IMG/VR virus record: IMGVR_UViG_3300009157_000016
Coordinates: 44,378 to 108,377 of that record
DNA length: 64,000 nucleotides
Strand: one strand, 5' to 3'
Origin: a virus
Below, piece after piece: positions 9,172 to 18,495 of this stretch (the first letter of the stretch is position 1; each line of letters opens with the position of its first letter). The notes beneath the pieces are model-generated. The model did no database searches and was not told the origin of the DNA. It saw only the letters and a program-made list of their open reading frames with translations. Made by a program: the position numbers and the translations under genes.

Positions 9172-11889
9172 TTAGATACCCTGAGAATCGAATGACTTGT
9201 AGTTCTCGCTCCAGTACTTGCCCACGGGCTCAAGCTTGTTCCACTTCTTGCCAATGGACACTTCCACGCTCATAGGCACGTTGATGAAATCATACGGGAG
9301 CAGAAGCAGTTCGCGTGCCAAGTAGCTGATCTCATCTGCCAGTATGCTGTCCTTGTCAGGCATCATGAACGTCAGGTCGTCATGGATTTGCATGATGGGA
9401 TGACGGTAGCGGATCTTATGCTTGAGAGAGCTGCGGCTGATCCTCACCATGCCGTCGTTCACAATGTCAGCCGCCAAGGACTGGATGGGGCTGTTGTACA
9501 GTTCGTGTCGGCTCATGGGATAGTAGCGGCGGCGGCCGGTGAACGTTTCCACGTAACCCACGTCGTAGTAGGTCCGCATGGTCTCGTCCTGCCACTCCTT
9601 GAGGCCGGAGAACGTTTCCCAAAACTCCTCAAAGATGTCCTGCGCCACGTTGTCAGGCATGGCCTCGCCAAGGAAGGGTAGGAAGTAGCTGGCAACCGAC
9701 GGCTCAGCCGCACCAAAGATAACAGGGAACACCATCTTGTTCTTGACCAGTGAGCGCGCACCCTTCAATGCGTCCTCGTCATTCTTCCCCTGCTTCTCCT
9801 TAAAGTAGTCGAACAGCCACGGCCAGCGCTTGCCAATTTTGAGCGCCCATTCCTTGTGAACGTCGTATTCCTTCCACGTAGCACCGACCATGTTCTTGTC
9901 ATTGCAGAACATGCAGGCGGTACACCACTCCAACTGCCCAAAGTCCACGCTAACGAAGACGTGGCCTTCCAGCGCTTCAACTTGCTCCCTGATCCAAGCG
10001 TCCTTGTGCTTGGGCCAGTTCTGCATGTTGGGGTCGTCCGAACTGAGTCGGGCGGTGGTGGTGAAGGTCGTGTTGAAGGAAGTGTGGAGCTTGCCGTCGG
10101 GAAAGATGAGCGTGCCGTCAGGCAGGATCATCTGGTCGACGTACGTGCTCTTCATCTTCACTTTGTTGCGCAGCTTGATAATCAGCGGCGCAAGCGGATG
10201 GTCTATCTTCTCAAGGACGGCTTTGTCAACCTTCTCAGTGACTTTATCTGAGTCCTTTTTGTCCTTGACGAAGACCTCAGGCCGCTTTAGGTAGTCACGG
10301 AATATGGTAAGGACCTGCGGCTGCGACTCAGGATTGAATTCCCCTTTATGCTCACTGACATACTTCTTGACCACTTTGAGGCCAAGGATGTCATTTACGA
10401 TACCCTTGACTTCGTCTTCCAGCTTGCCTTGCAGGCGCTTGGCGGTCTTCTGGTTGATGGGGACGCCGTAGTGCTGCATGAGAGCCACCGCGCCCTGACG
10501 CGGCATGGCCATCTCATAGACATGCTCCTGCCTGATGTCCCTGATAAGCTTGTCCTGATGGAACCAGAGTTGCAGCGTGGCGCGCGTGTCAGCGCCATTG
10601 TAGATGAGGACCTGATCGTAGGGGCTTTTGCGCAGGTCCTTCTTGTCCAGCTTGAACTGGCTCTTGATGTCTATGCCGAAGTGCTGGCGTGTGAGGAAGC
10701 CTAGCTTTTGGTATTGCGAAGCGTGATCGTCCTGACCCTTCTCGTTTGGCCCTTTGCGGCCGTCAAGGATGTAGGCTTGGACCATTGTGTCTTCCCACGA
10801 GTTGTGGTGAACAATGTCTTCGCCAAAGTAGAAGATGTACCACTCCATCTCAAATGGAGAGTTGTGCGCAATCTTGGGGATGTCACGGCGGCGTATCAAC
10901 GCCTCAAGCCGGTCAAGGATCTTCTGCCGCTGCGCTTTGGACCAGTTGGCCTTGGGATGGTCGACTCCGAACGAAAACGTTCTTAGTTTTAGGTGCCTGT
11001 CATAGTAGGAAAAGGCGGCCGTCAGAATGATAGCGCCGGTGCGGTAGGGTCTGAGAGGCCACGTCTCAAGGTCGGTGGCGTAGCAGGCAACTCCTCTCTC
11101 AATGTCGTCGAACTCCCGCATCAGGGAGTCAAAGTCATCCTCGGGGCGCTCACCGCTGTAGGTGTTGACGTCCTTCTTGACAGTCTGCTGAGTCCATACT
11201 TCCGGCCACGGCGGATCGTCGTCCATGAACCGCCATATCTGCTCAAAGTCCAGCTTCCACGCGCCACCTACTCGGCCGTTCAGCGGGCGTCTGTCATCCT
11301 TGGCCGACCGCAGGACGTAGGCAGGGTGATTGGTGGGGAAGAACCAGCACTCATGCTTTCCAATGGTGACCGCAAAGAAGCGGCCCCGCATACCTTGCAT
11401 GTCTTTCGTGCCAAGCATCCACTGCAAGGCTGGGATGCCAAGGCCCACGATCAGCTTGGGGGCAGCTTCCTCAATGGCGGCGGTGACGTAGCCGCGACAG
11501 CACTCCTGCTCAATCCACTCCGGCGGCCGTATCTTACCCTCAGCGTTTTTGGGGAAGTGCCTGACTGTGTTCCCGTAACCGCAGTTGTCATAGTATTCGT
11601 TGGGGATCATGGACTTGAGAAGCTTGCCTGACTTCCCAATGAACGGTACGCCCTCCTGTTCCTCCTGCGGACCCGGTGCCTCACCTAGGAAGAAAATGTC
11701 GCATCTGCGTGGTACGTCTTCACGGACCTCATTGCCGGCACGTGAGAGGGGGCAAGCGCGACAGCCTAGGCGTTGCAGCGTTTCCGAGCTTTGCTTCGTT
11801 TGCTGGCCTACCGAAGACCGGCGGGGGCCGGTTTTGTCGGCGCCCTTTTTCGCGTTCGCCTTATCTGCTTTCTGGTAGAAGAAGCCCAT
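9172..11889 (-). CDS. family A DNA polymerase with N-terminal family-4 UDG-like domain and 3'-5' exonuclease
   Basis: CRACPL..GEAPG..EG.PFIGKSG..HPAYVLR; DLET, AHN, YNGAD; TARLSSDDPNMQN, DFGQLE, TFTGRRR, NSPIQS, IHDDL. Confidence 0.93.
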   Translation of the reverse strand: MGFFYQKADKANAKKGADKTGPRRSSVGQQTKQSSETLQRLGCRACPLSRAGNEVREDVPRRCDIFFLGEAPGPQEEQEGVPFIGKSGKLLKSMIPNEYYDNCGYGNTVRHFPKNAEGKIRPPEWIEQECCRGYVTAAIEEAAPKLIVGLGIPALQWMLGTKDMQGMRGRFFAVTIGKHECWFFPTNHPAYVLRSAKDDRRPLNGRVGGAWKLDFEQIWRFMDDDPPWPEVWTQQTVKKDVNTYSGERPEDDFDSLMREFDDIERGVACYATDLETWPLRPYRTGAIILTAAFSYYDRHLKLRTFSFGVDHPKANWSKAQRQKILDRLEALIRRRDIPKIAHNSPFEMEWYIFYFGEDIVHHNSWEDTMVQAYILDGRKGPNEKGQDDHASQYQKLGFLTRQHFGIDIKSQFKLDKKDLRKSPYDQVLIYNGADTRATLQLWFHQDKLIRDIRQEHVYEMAMPRQGAVALMQHYGVPINQKTAKRLQGKLEDEVKGIVNDILGLKVVKKYVSEHKGEFNPESQPQVLTIFRDYLKRPEVFVKDKKDSDKVTEKVDKAVLEKIDHPLAPLIIKLRNKVKMKSTYVDQMILPDGTLIFPDGKLHTSFNTTFTTTARLSSDDPNMQNWPKHKDAWIREQVEALEGHVFVSVDFGQLEWCTACMFCNDKNMVGATWKEYDVHKEWALKIGKRWPWLFDYFKEKQGKNDEDALKGARSLVKNKMVFPVIFGAAEPSVASYFLPFLGEAMPDNVAQDIFEEFWETFSGLKEWQDETMRTYYDVGYVETFTGRRRYYPMSRHELYNSPIQSLAADIVNDGMVRISRSSLKHKIRYRHPIMQIHDDLTFMMPDKDSILADEISYLARELLLLPYDFINVPMSVEVSIGKKWNKLEPVGKYWSENYKSFDSQGI

Positions 11890-12044
11890 CACTTTTCCGC
11901 TTTGAGTTGGTCGAGTCGCTTGCGGCATGTGGCAAGCAAGTCACGGTTCGCGAAGTCACCGTGACGCTTGAGTTCTGCCTCCTGCACCGCCAGCATGACG
12001 TCGACGATTTCGATCAGGGCGTTAACCTTCTGCACATCCGGCAT
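11889..12044 (-). CDS. small hypothetical protein
   Basis: MPDVQKV.. fills the clamp-polymerase gap; TGATG coupling. Confidence 0.55.
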   Translation of the reverse strand: MPDVQKVNALIEIVDVMLAVQEAELKRHGDFANRDLLATCRKRLDQLKAEK

Positions 12045-12045
12045 G

Positions 12046-13101
12046 TCAGTCTCCGAAGTTGGACAAGATTTGGAAGAGGTCCGCCCCCTTCCGGTAGACC
12101 GTGAAGCCTTCCAGCACGGCCATCTCTGAGCATACGTCAATGCTGCGCGCCATCAAAGCCGCGTTGACCTTGATCTCGACGTCTGGATGATCCCCTTGAA
12201 GGTTGACCAGATCGCGCACCTCGCCCATGTCGGTGTTCGTGTATAGGCGCATCCGGCCTTCCTTGATGCTGATCTCAGTGGGCTGCGATTTGGGCTCAGC
12301 CACGACACGCGCCCGGCTCAGAGCGTGCTCAAGTCCTTTGGGGACCTTCATCCACGGGATCTCATCCCGCGTGGTCTTTTCGACCCACATGGCGTGGTCC
12401 ACCGGGTCTTCTGGTTTGATGACGCGGCCGTAGACCTTGTAGTCCTTCTCAAGCTCGGCCAACACCCATTCGTCAGAAGCGTGCAGCCGGCCGTTCATGG
12501 ACTTGTCGCTCTTGCAAATGCGCAGGACCGACTCGCAGAAGGAGTTGGGCATGACGAAGCTGTGCGGGTCGTTGTAGTTGGCTCCGTCGATCAGGTAGTG
12601 CGTGAGGCTGTCTGAGTCGCAGGAGTAGAAGCTGATCCCGTCACCGGTATCCAACGTGATGCCCATGAGCGCCTGTTGGCTGCTGTCCTTGCTGGTCGTG
12701 GTGAGGCAAATTTCCATCGCCTCAATCAGGCTGTCATCCAGGTCCAGCACCACGTCCCACGACTCGTCAGACGGTTCTTTGAACAGGAACTCTGACTCTG
12801 GCAAGTAGGGCAGGCGCATCTTGGACCGGCCGGCAATGAACACGACTTCGTGTTGCTGGTCGTCGAACTCAATCTCCACTTCCTCGGTGCGGCAGTTGCG
12901 CAGCAAGCCGAGCATGGTGTCGCCGTGGCAGGCGAAGGGCGCTACGCCGGACGTGCATTTGGCCACGATGCCTAGGTGGTCGTCCGTCGCGTACAGGGTG
13001 TCCCCTGTGAACACGAAGTTCTGGTAGACGGGAACCAAGTCCTGATCGGCCAAGGCGGGCTTGATCAGTTCCAACATCGTGACCAGTGCTTTGCGTCTCA
13101 T
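12046..13101 (-). CDS. DnaN-like (beta) sliding clamp
   Basis: About 350 aa; LYATDD, ALMGITL, YSCDSDSL, ALSRARV, IKVNA pattern of three-domain beta clamps; adjacent to the polymerase and loader. Confidence 0.75.
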   Translation of the reverse strand: MRRKALVTMLELIKPALADQDLVPVYQNFVFTGDTLYATDDHLGIVAKCTSGVAPFACHGDTMLGLLRNCRTEEVEIEFDDQQHEVVFIAGRSKMRLPYLPESEFLFKEPSDESWDVVLDLDDSLIEAMEICLTTTSKDSSQQALMGITLDTGDGISFYSCDSDSLTHYLIDGANYNDPHSFVMPNSFCESVLRICKSDKSMNGRLHASDEWVLAELEKDYKVYGRVIKPEDPVDHAMWVEKTTRDEIPWMKVPKGLEHALSRARVVAEPKSQPTEISIKEGRMRLYTNTDMGEVRDLVNLQGDHPDVEIKVNAALMARSIDVCSEMAVLEGFTVYRKGADLFQILSNFGD

Positions 13102-13541
13102 AGCCTCACCCTTCTTGCTAGTTTCCAACGGCGCTTGGCCGATTGCTGCATCTTTGCGATAGATTCGGATGTGTGCCGCGTACCATACCTTATGTGACCT
13201 ATACCTTTCTGCGTGACGCCGGAGTGACCCTTCTGAGATTTATGTTTGGCGTGACAAGAAGGATAGAGTTGATTCTGACTGTTGGTTCCATCAAGTAAGT
13301 GCGCGGCGTTGCAGCACGGATGAAATTCGCAGTCATGGAGAACCATTCTTGGCCATGCTGGCACGTAACCGTTCTCTAAGAAGAACGCCACGCGATGGGC
13401 AGTGTACTGTATGCTGTGACGAACTGAGAATACTCCATGCCCACTGGTTTGCGTTCCGCCTAACCAAGGCCAGCATTCGTCGGGGCCGCGTCGGTCAACT
13501 TTGGACCAGAAGCGCGCTATGTCTTTAGCGCTGAGGATCAT
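13098..13541 (-). CDS. HNH homing endonuclease
   Basis: RFWSKVD..CWPW.G..AHRVAF..VLHDC..CCNAAHL..GT..QN; NUMOD3-like HTSESIAKM. Confidence 0.88.
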   Translation of the reverse strand: MILSAKDIARFWSKVDRRGPDECWPWLGGTQTSGHGVFSVRHSIQYTAHRVAFFLENGYVPAWPRMVLHDCEFHPCCNAAHLLDGTNSQNQLYPSCHAKHKSQKGHSGVTQKGIGHIRYGTRHTSESIAKMQQSAKRRWKLARRVRL

Positions 13542-14422
13542 TCTGGCTTCCTGAAAATCAAAAGGTGCTCGTGTCTCGGCACGAGCTTCTTACCGCGCCA
13601 TGCGTTGCCTGCTCTCTTGGCGGCGCTGGCGAAGTTTTTGGACAGGATAATGTCCTGCCAAAACAGGAAGCCTGCTTCACGGAAGTTCTCAACGGTATGG
13701 CTGCGGAAGTCGACCAGCTCCCCGGTCTTGTCACGGAAGTTGCCGACCACAATGCAGACGAACGCTCCCGGCTTCATGAGCGGCCAATGCGCGTAGGCGC
13801 ACAGCATCATGGAAGCGTTGAATTCTGCGTAAGAGATGGAGTTTGAGACATCGTCCCGCTGTTCGCTATACACCTCGAGATCAAAATAAGGGGGACAGGT
13901 GACAGCACAGTCAAAATCAGACTCGTCGATATCAAGATAGCGAGCGTCATCAAGGTGGTAATGCACGCGGTCAAGATTAAGGTCGGCGATAACCTTTTCG
14001 TTCTCATCTAACTGCTCCTGCCTGACGTCTACCCCGTGGTAGATGTGGCCCATGAGGGAAGCGGCTATGGCACGGGGCGGCCCGCCGCAGAAGGCGTCAA
14101 GGACCTTCGCCCTGCGCTCCTTGCCAGCGTAGCGTAGGTAAATCCATTCAGCCAAGGGAAGGGGGAACACGCTGTACGTGCCGGTGTAGACGCTGTCATG
14201 GTCAGCCCGGAACTTCTCAGCGCGTTCCCCGGTGTGGCCGTCCTCGTCAGTGACGCGACGCCAATCCCGCACGCGGCGCTTGATAGCCTCATCCACGTGC
14301 CAGATAGTCATGCTGGTCGAGAAGTCGAGCGTGGGGCGGACATACCCTTGCTTGAAGTCGGTCAGGGTCGGCCGAGTGATTTCCCGCACGCGGCCGTCAG
14401 GGAGAGTCTTCTTAAATAACAT
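13538..14422 (-). CDS. N4/N6 DNA methyltransferase
   Basis: SVFPLPLAE, VLDAFCGG (motif I), TCPPYFDLEVYS (motif IV), MKPG, HEHLLIFRK. Confidence 0.85.
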   Translation of the reverse strand: MLFKKTLPDGRVREITRPTLTDFKQGYVRPTLDFSTSMTIWHVDEAIKRRVRDWRRVTDEDGHTGERAEKFRADHDSVYTGTYSVFPLPLAEWIYLRYAGKERRAKVLDAFCGGPPRAIAASLMGHIYHGVDVRQEQLDENEKVIADLNLDRVHYHLDDARYLDIDESDFDCAVTCPPYFDLEVYSEQRDDVSNSISYAEFNASMMLCAYAHWPLMKPGAFVCIVVGNFRDKTGELVDFRSHTVENFREAGFLFWQDIILSKNFASAAKRAGNAWRGKKLVPRHEHLLIFRKPE

Positions 14423-14801
14423 TCTGGCTACTCCTGTAACCCATGCGGCGGTTCAGCACGTGGTAGGCGTGTTCGATGTTCTTGCCGTGAGTTCCCCATT
14501 CAAGGTTATCCTCACAGTTATTCGACCGGTCGCCGTCGTCGCTCTTATGATTGACTTCGTGATCTGGACTCGGAGGGGGACCGTGAAAGGCTGTGCAGAC
14601 GAGAACGTGAACAAGGAATTGCTTCGTCACTCCGTTCTTGCTGAGCACGACAGGTACATACCCACCCTTGCGTGGACGCAGACTTAGCAATTTGCCAGCC
14701 TGCGTCCCGATAGCTTGGCGGTCGCGCCGCACGCGCCCAAGACTGGAAACGCTGTACCAGCCTTCGTAGCCGACCACTGGCTTCCAGACTTCACGGCGCA
14801 T
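14412..14801 (-). CDS. NUMOD4-HNH homing endonuclease
   Basis: EVWKPVVGYEGWYSVSSLGRVR; VHVLV..AFHG..VNHK..NN..NLEW. Confidence 0.9.
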   Translation of the reverse strand: MRREVWKPVVGYEGWYSVSSLGRVRRDRQAIGTQAGKLLSLRPRKGGYVPVVLSKNGVTKQFLVHVLVCTAFHGPPPSPDHEVNHKSDDGDRSNNCEDNLEWGTHGKNIEHAYHVLNRRMGYRSSQNVI

Positions 14802-14812
14802 GACTGGCTCGC

Positions 14813-15070
14813 TTATGTAAGAGCGATGGGGGCGACGGCGGTAGTGCGGAGTTCGTGCTCCCGCGTGTAGGCCACCGCCTGTGCAAAGATGTCGGCTGCC
14901 CAAGCGTCAACCGTCTCCGCGTCCGTGAGCGGCTGGCCGTCCACCCCCGGTCCATACTTGATGCGGTGCGCGGCTACGAACCGTCCAAGGTCGGTAGCGT
15001 TGACAGTCTTGGTGACCGTCCTTCTGGTTGCCGGCGTCCCGCCGTTCACGTCAATGCTAATCGTCGCCAT
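14813..15070 (-). CDS. hypothetical protein
   Basis: AGGAGG RBS; tightly packed ORF. Confidence 0.65.
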   Translation of the reverse strand: MATISIDVNGGTPATRRTVTKTVNATDLGRFVAAHRIKYGPGVDGQPLTDAETVDAWAADIFAQAVAYTREHELRTTAVAPIALT

Positions 15071-15071
15071 G

Positions 15072-15647
15072 TCAGCCTCCTTTCAGGCTATCCTCACGCC
15101 GCATCATCTGGTCGTAGATGCGGGTGTCCATGTTCATCCAGCGGTCACCGCCACCCCGATCAAGATGATTGGATAGGACGGCAGTGTCGTTGGAACCAAA
15201 CAAGGCTTCAAGGCTGCCTGCGAACACCACATACGCCGGCTCACCACGTTCCTTGTCGTAGCATGGTAGCAGCTTGTAGCGGTTCCGGACAACCAGTGTT
15301 CCGGAACGGTTTAGCATGAACGGGCTGACGATGCATCCGAGGGGGCGTTCGGGCAACCGCCAGAGGCCGCATAGGTGCCCCGCTGTCTTGGCCGGACAAA
15401 GGCGACAACCGGGCTCTGGCTGTATGAAGCCGCCACGAGCTTTGATGCCTATGCGGTGCAGCCTGCGGGCCTCAGACGGGCTCACGTGAACGCGGATGCC
15501 AGTGGGGCTCGTAGGGGCGTCGCAGCATTTGGCCGTGCAGCCCTTCTTGGCGATGCACTCTGGGCCGCATTGGATGAAACGCAACCGACAAGAAGGGGCG
15601 GACACCCTTACAGGAGTCCGCCCCGGTTGCGCGAAGAGTCCGCGCAA
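15072..15647 (-). CDS. CxxCxxCC/YkgJ-like Cys-cluster protein
   Basis: C..C....C...CC, CRLC..CGL..RPLGC..SPF. Confidence 0.6.
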   Translation of the reverse strand: MRGLFAQPGRTPVRVSAPSCRLRFIQCGPECIAKKGCTAKCCDAPTSPTGIRVHVSPSEARRLHRIGIKARGGFIQPEPGCRLCPAKTAGHLCGLWRLPERPLGCIVSPFMLNRSGTLVVRNRYKLLPCYDKERGEPAYVVFAGSLEALFGSNDTAVLSNHLDRGGGDRWMNMDTRIYDQMMRREDSLKGG

Positions 15648-15648
15648 C

Positions 15649-15879
15649 TCAGTCCCGTTCGCGGTCGCGGTCGTTGTCGTTGTCGCCGGCGTCCTCGTCC
15701 TCGGTGATGGCGTCTTCGTCCCACCAGTTCTCGCAGGGCGTGCCGGTGCCGTCGGCGTAGCGGATCAGGTACTTGTTGTCGGCGCTGAGATACTCGGCGC
15801 GGCCAATGACGACGCCTTTGATCTCGATGTTGTCCTCGAAGATCACTTTGGCTTCGAGGTCGTACTTGAACTTCGCCAT
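15649..15879 (-). CDS. small hypothetical protein
   Basis: MAKFKYDL..GRAEY..YLIRY..WWDE; AGGAG RBS. Confidence 0.7.
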   Translation of the reverse strand: MAKFKYDLEAKVIFEDNIEIKGVVIGRAEYLSADNKYLIRYADGTGTPCENWWDEDAITEDEDAGDNDNDRDRERD

Positions 15880-15917
15880 TTCAACTCCTGTTGGTTGTGG
15901 CTGCATGATGACTATAC

Positions 15918-15947
15918 GCAAACGGCCAGCCTTCGCAGGCTGGCCGT
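15918..15947 (-). terminator. probable intrinsic terminator
   Basis: 11-bp stem acggccagcct/aggctggccgt followed by a short T run after the 15967 gene. Confidence 0.55.
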
Positions 15948-15966
15948 CAGTTTCCTGGAAGGTCGA

Positions 15967-16908
15967 TCAGTCGTCGCGGCGGCGGCGGCTGCCCTTCCGG
16001 TCGTCATCGTCATCCTTGCGGCTGGACCGCTTGGAGTCCTTGGCATCGTCGTCGTCACGGCTGCGGCGCTTGGACGAGGAAGCCTCCTTGTCGTCGTCGC
16101 GGCTGCGGCGCTTGCCCTTGTCGTCATCGTCGTCACGGGAGCGGCGCTTGCTGCTGCCCTTGTCGTCGTCATCACGGGACCGCTTCCGGTCGCCGTCGTC
16201 GGAGTCACGCTCCTTGTTCGAAGCGGTGGTCATTTTCCGCTTCTGCGCCGAGGACAGGTCATCCTTGTGCGTGACCTTGATCAGACCGTCGTAGCGCTCG
16301 ACAAGGTGCCCATCCTTGGTCAGCTTCTTGAGCACGTTGTTCTGCGGGCCGCCGGTCTTGTCCTTGATGGTCTTCATGGACGCGCCGCCCTCGAAGAGCT
16401 TCACGGCGTCGGAGACCTTGGTGCCGACGACGAGCCCGTAGCGGTCGCGCTTCGCACCCTCGTAGTCACGGGGCGACTTCTTTTTGGAGCCCTTGTCGTC
16501 GTCCTTGTCACGGCCGCGGATGGATTTGCGGTCGTCCTTGTCGTCGTCCTTGGAGGAACGACGGCCGCGCCGGTCATCCTTGTCCTCGTCCTTGTCCTTC
16601 GACTTGGCCGACTTGCGGTCATCGTCGTCGTCCTTGGACGAACGCTTGCCGCCCTTGCGGTCGTCGTCCTTGCCGCCCTTCTCCTCCTCGAAGTCCTCGA
16701 TATCCTGGTCGGTCTTCAAGGCGTCCAGCGCGTTGTTCGCCCAGTCGGTCGCCGGGTCTGAGACCGCGTTGAACTCGTCGTCGGGAAGCTTGTTGACTTC
16801 CTTGGCGAGCGCGGCAAGGTAGTCCTGCCGGGTCTTGTAGTCGTCCTCGTCCTTCTTGAAGCCGGTCGCCTTGATCAGCTCCTTCTCGATTGCATGGAGT
16901 TTGGCCAT
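15967..16908 (-). CDS. Lys/Arg/Asp-rich disordered protein with a central wHTH-like domain
   Basis: SKDDDDDRK/RSRDDDD repeats flank DRYGLVVGTK..GGASMKTIK..QNNVLKKL. Confidence 0.75.
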   Translation of the reverse strand: MAKLHAIEKELIKATGFKKDEDDYKTRQDYLAALAKEVNKLPDDEFNAVSDPATDWANNALDALKTDQDIEDFEEEKGGKDDDRKGGKRSSKDDDDDRKSAKSKDKDEDKDDRRGRRSSKDDDKDDRKSIRGRDKDDDKGSKKKSPRDYEGAKRDRYGLVVGTKVSDAVKLFEGGASMKTIKDKTGGPQNNVLKKLTKDGHLVERYDGLIKVTHKDDLSSAQKRKMTTASNKERDSDDGDRKRSRDDDDKGSSKRRSRDDDDDKGKRRSRDDDKEASSSKRRSRDDDDAKDSKRSSRKDDDDDRKGSRRRRDD

Positions 16909-16925
16909 TTCCTACTGCCTTCCTT

Positions 16926-17498
16926 TCAAGCTGTTAACCACTCACGAAACGCGGCCACCAAGTCAGCGTCGCTATCCAGACCAAGAATGCGCTTGATCCT
17001 TGTGTTGAAGCTGGGGCGTGGAAGCCCACGGTGTCTCCTACTTGGTTTCCTAAGCTCTTGCAAGTGGCGGTCACTGGCGAACACGCTGAGAAGCAAAAGC
17101 ACTTCCGGAGGCGCGTTCGCCAAGACAATAGACACTGACCCTTCGTCGGCAAGATTGCAAGCTAATTCGCTCACATCTTCTACGCCGTCAACGAAGGCGG
17201 ACTTGCGTTCAATGTTCTTGTTTGCTAGGTCAATCAGCTCGTTCAGGAGAGCCGTCTTGTAGAGCGCCATGAAATGGGGCGCGTGCATGACGCGCGGATA
17301 CTTGACTGTGCAGCGCTCGAATACAATGTAGGCGTCTTGCAGGAGGTCGTCCATGCCACATAGGACTGGATCATAGCGCCATAGGTTTTCACGTAAGAAC
17401 TTGATCGTGTAGGCTTTTATCACCCCGTCCCATTCAGGATACCATTCAAGACGGACACGACTGGACAACTTTTCAAGCCGCACACGGCGCTTCGGCAT
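16926..17498 (-). CDS. sigma-70 region-2-like phage transcription factor
   Basis: MDDLLQDAYIVF..KY..FMALYKTALLNELIDL; start MPKRRVRL with GGAGAGG RBS. Confidence 0.6.
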   Translation of the reverse strand: MPKRRVRLEKLSSRVRLEWYPEWDGVIKAYTIKFLRENLWRYDPVLCGMDDLLQDAYIVFERCTVKYPRVMHAPHFMALYKTALLNELIDLANKNIERKSAFVDGVEDVSELACNLADEGSVSIVLANAPPEVLLLLSVFASDRHLQELRKPSRRHRGLPRPSFNTRIKRILGLDSDADLVAAFREWLTA

Positions 17499-17633
17499 GG
17501 CCCTCTCCCCGACATAGAGCAGCGCCCCATTGCCCGGCTGCACTTCGATGTGGGTAATGGGAGCTCTAGCTGCGAAAAGTGAGCCAAGCACTTTCACGTT
17601 TCAGAGGCAAATGGAATCTTGTCATCCACACAG

Positions 17634-18200
17634 CTAGTCATCAAGCAGCCGGCGCAGCCTCATTTGTCCGGTCTCCATGAACTGGACTTCGAAGCCCTTT
17701 TCGTCCCCATACGCCTCATAGATGATAGGACCCTCGTGCGGAAGCTCGCCCCGAATGTAAACACCGTGGCGCTTGCAAAGCTTCTCAAGGTCCTCAGTGA
17801 ACTTGCGAATGCGGTCGCGGGTTTGCGACTCGCGTTTGTTCAGGCAATGAGCGGGATACATAAGCTCCAATTCAAATTCAGCTTTGCGAATTAACTCTTC
17901 GGTGATCTTGGGATCACACCTGAGAAGCTCCTCCTCAGTGGTCAGTCTGACGTCGCATCCAGACCAACCATCCGTGAATTCGACACTGCGCATGAACCCA
18001 CGCACGTCAAAGAACATCCCGTTGGAACGGTTGCCCGCGTGCATGAGTTCGTCGCCACGAAATATCCCGTAAAGTTCGCCGTATCGAAGCTTGCGTTGGA
18101 TGGCAATTGCGAAGGCCACGCAAAGCCCCATCATGTACTTTCCGGAGAAGATCCGGCGCGCCAGCTTTTGCCCGGTGTCATCCAGTTCCTTGAATCTCAT
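17634..18200 (-). CDS. hypothetical protein
   Basis: 188-aa ORF with AGGAG RBS. Confidence 0.7.
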   Translation of the reverse strand: MRFKELDDTGQKLARRIFSGKYMMGLCVAFAIAIQRKLRYGELYGIFRGDELMHAGNRSNGMFFDVRGFMRSVEFTDGWSGCDVRLTTEEELLRCDPKITEELIRKAEFELELMYPAHCLNKRESQTRDRIRKFTEDLEKLCKRHGVYIRGELPHEGPIIYEAYGDEKGFEVQFMETGQMRLRRLLDD

Positions 18201-18495
18201 ACCGCTCTCCTGTCAACCAATCACGCTCCCCGGCCTTGATTTCCCGGTAAGTCATGACAGCCTCACGAATTTCGAAGTCGAAGTCGAGTATCCTGTCCAC
18301 TGTCAACGGCTCAACTTGTTCTGTGAACGCTTTGTGGATGCTCGCAATGGCATAGCACTCTCGCGCGTCGCGCGGCTGTGACTTGATAGGGGAATCAACC
18401 ATGATCTGCCGCTCCATGAGAACGCCATACCAAAGGACGCCGCCATAAGGAAGGTTGTACTTGCGCGCGATGTCAAGATAGACTGCTTTCGCCAT
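18178..18495 (-). CDS. hypothetical protein
   Basis: TAATG-coupled to the primase gene. Confidence 0.65.
   Translation of the reverse strand: MAKAVYLDIARKYNLPYGGVLWYGVLMERQIMVDSPIKSQPRDARECYAIASIHKAFTEQVEPLTVDRILDFDFEIREAVMTYREIKAGERDWLTGERYEIQGTG

Noticed and set aside
13098-14801. HNH genes as group I intron cargo
   Set aside because: They overlap neighbouring start and stop codons, leaving no room for intron structure; flanking genes look complete
15496-16761. Long opposite-strand ORFs (e.g. 15496+, 21063+, 33375+, 61869+, 28682-)
   Set aside because: Antisense to well-supported genes; expected in GC-rich DNA
17499-17633. DnaA-box-like TGTGGATGA and a structured leader before the sigma-like gene
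   Set aside because: Single mismatched box and weak pairing; insufficient support
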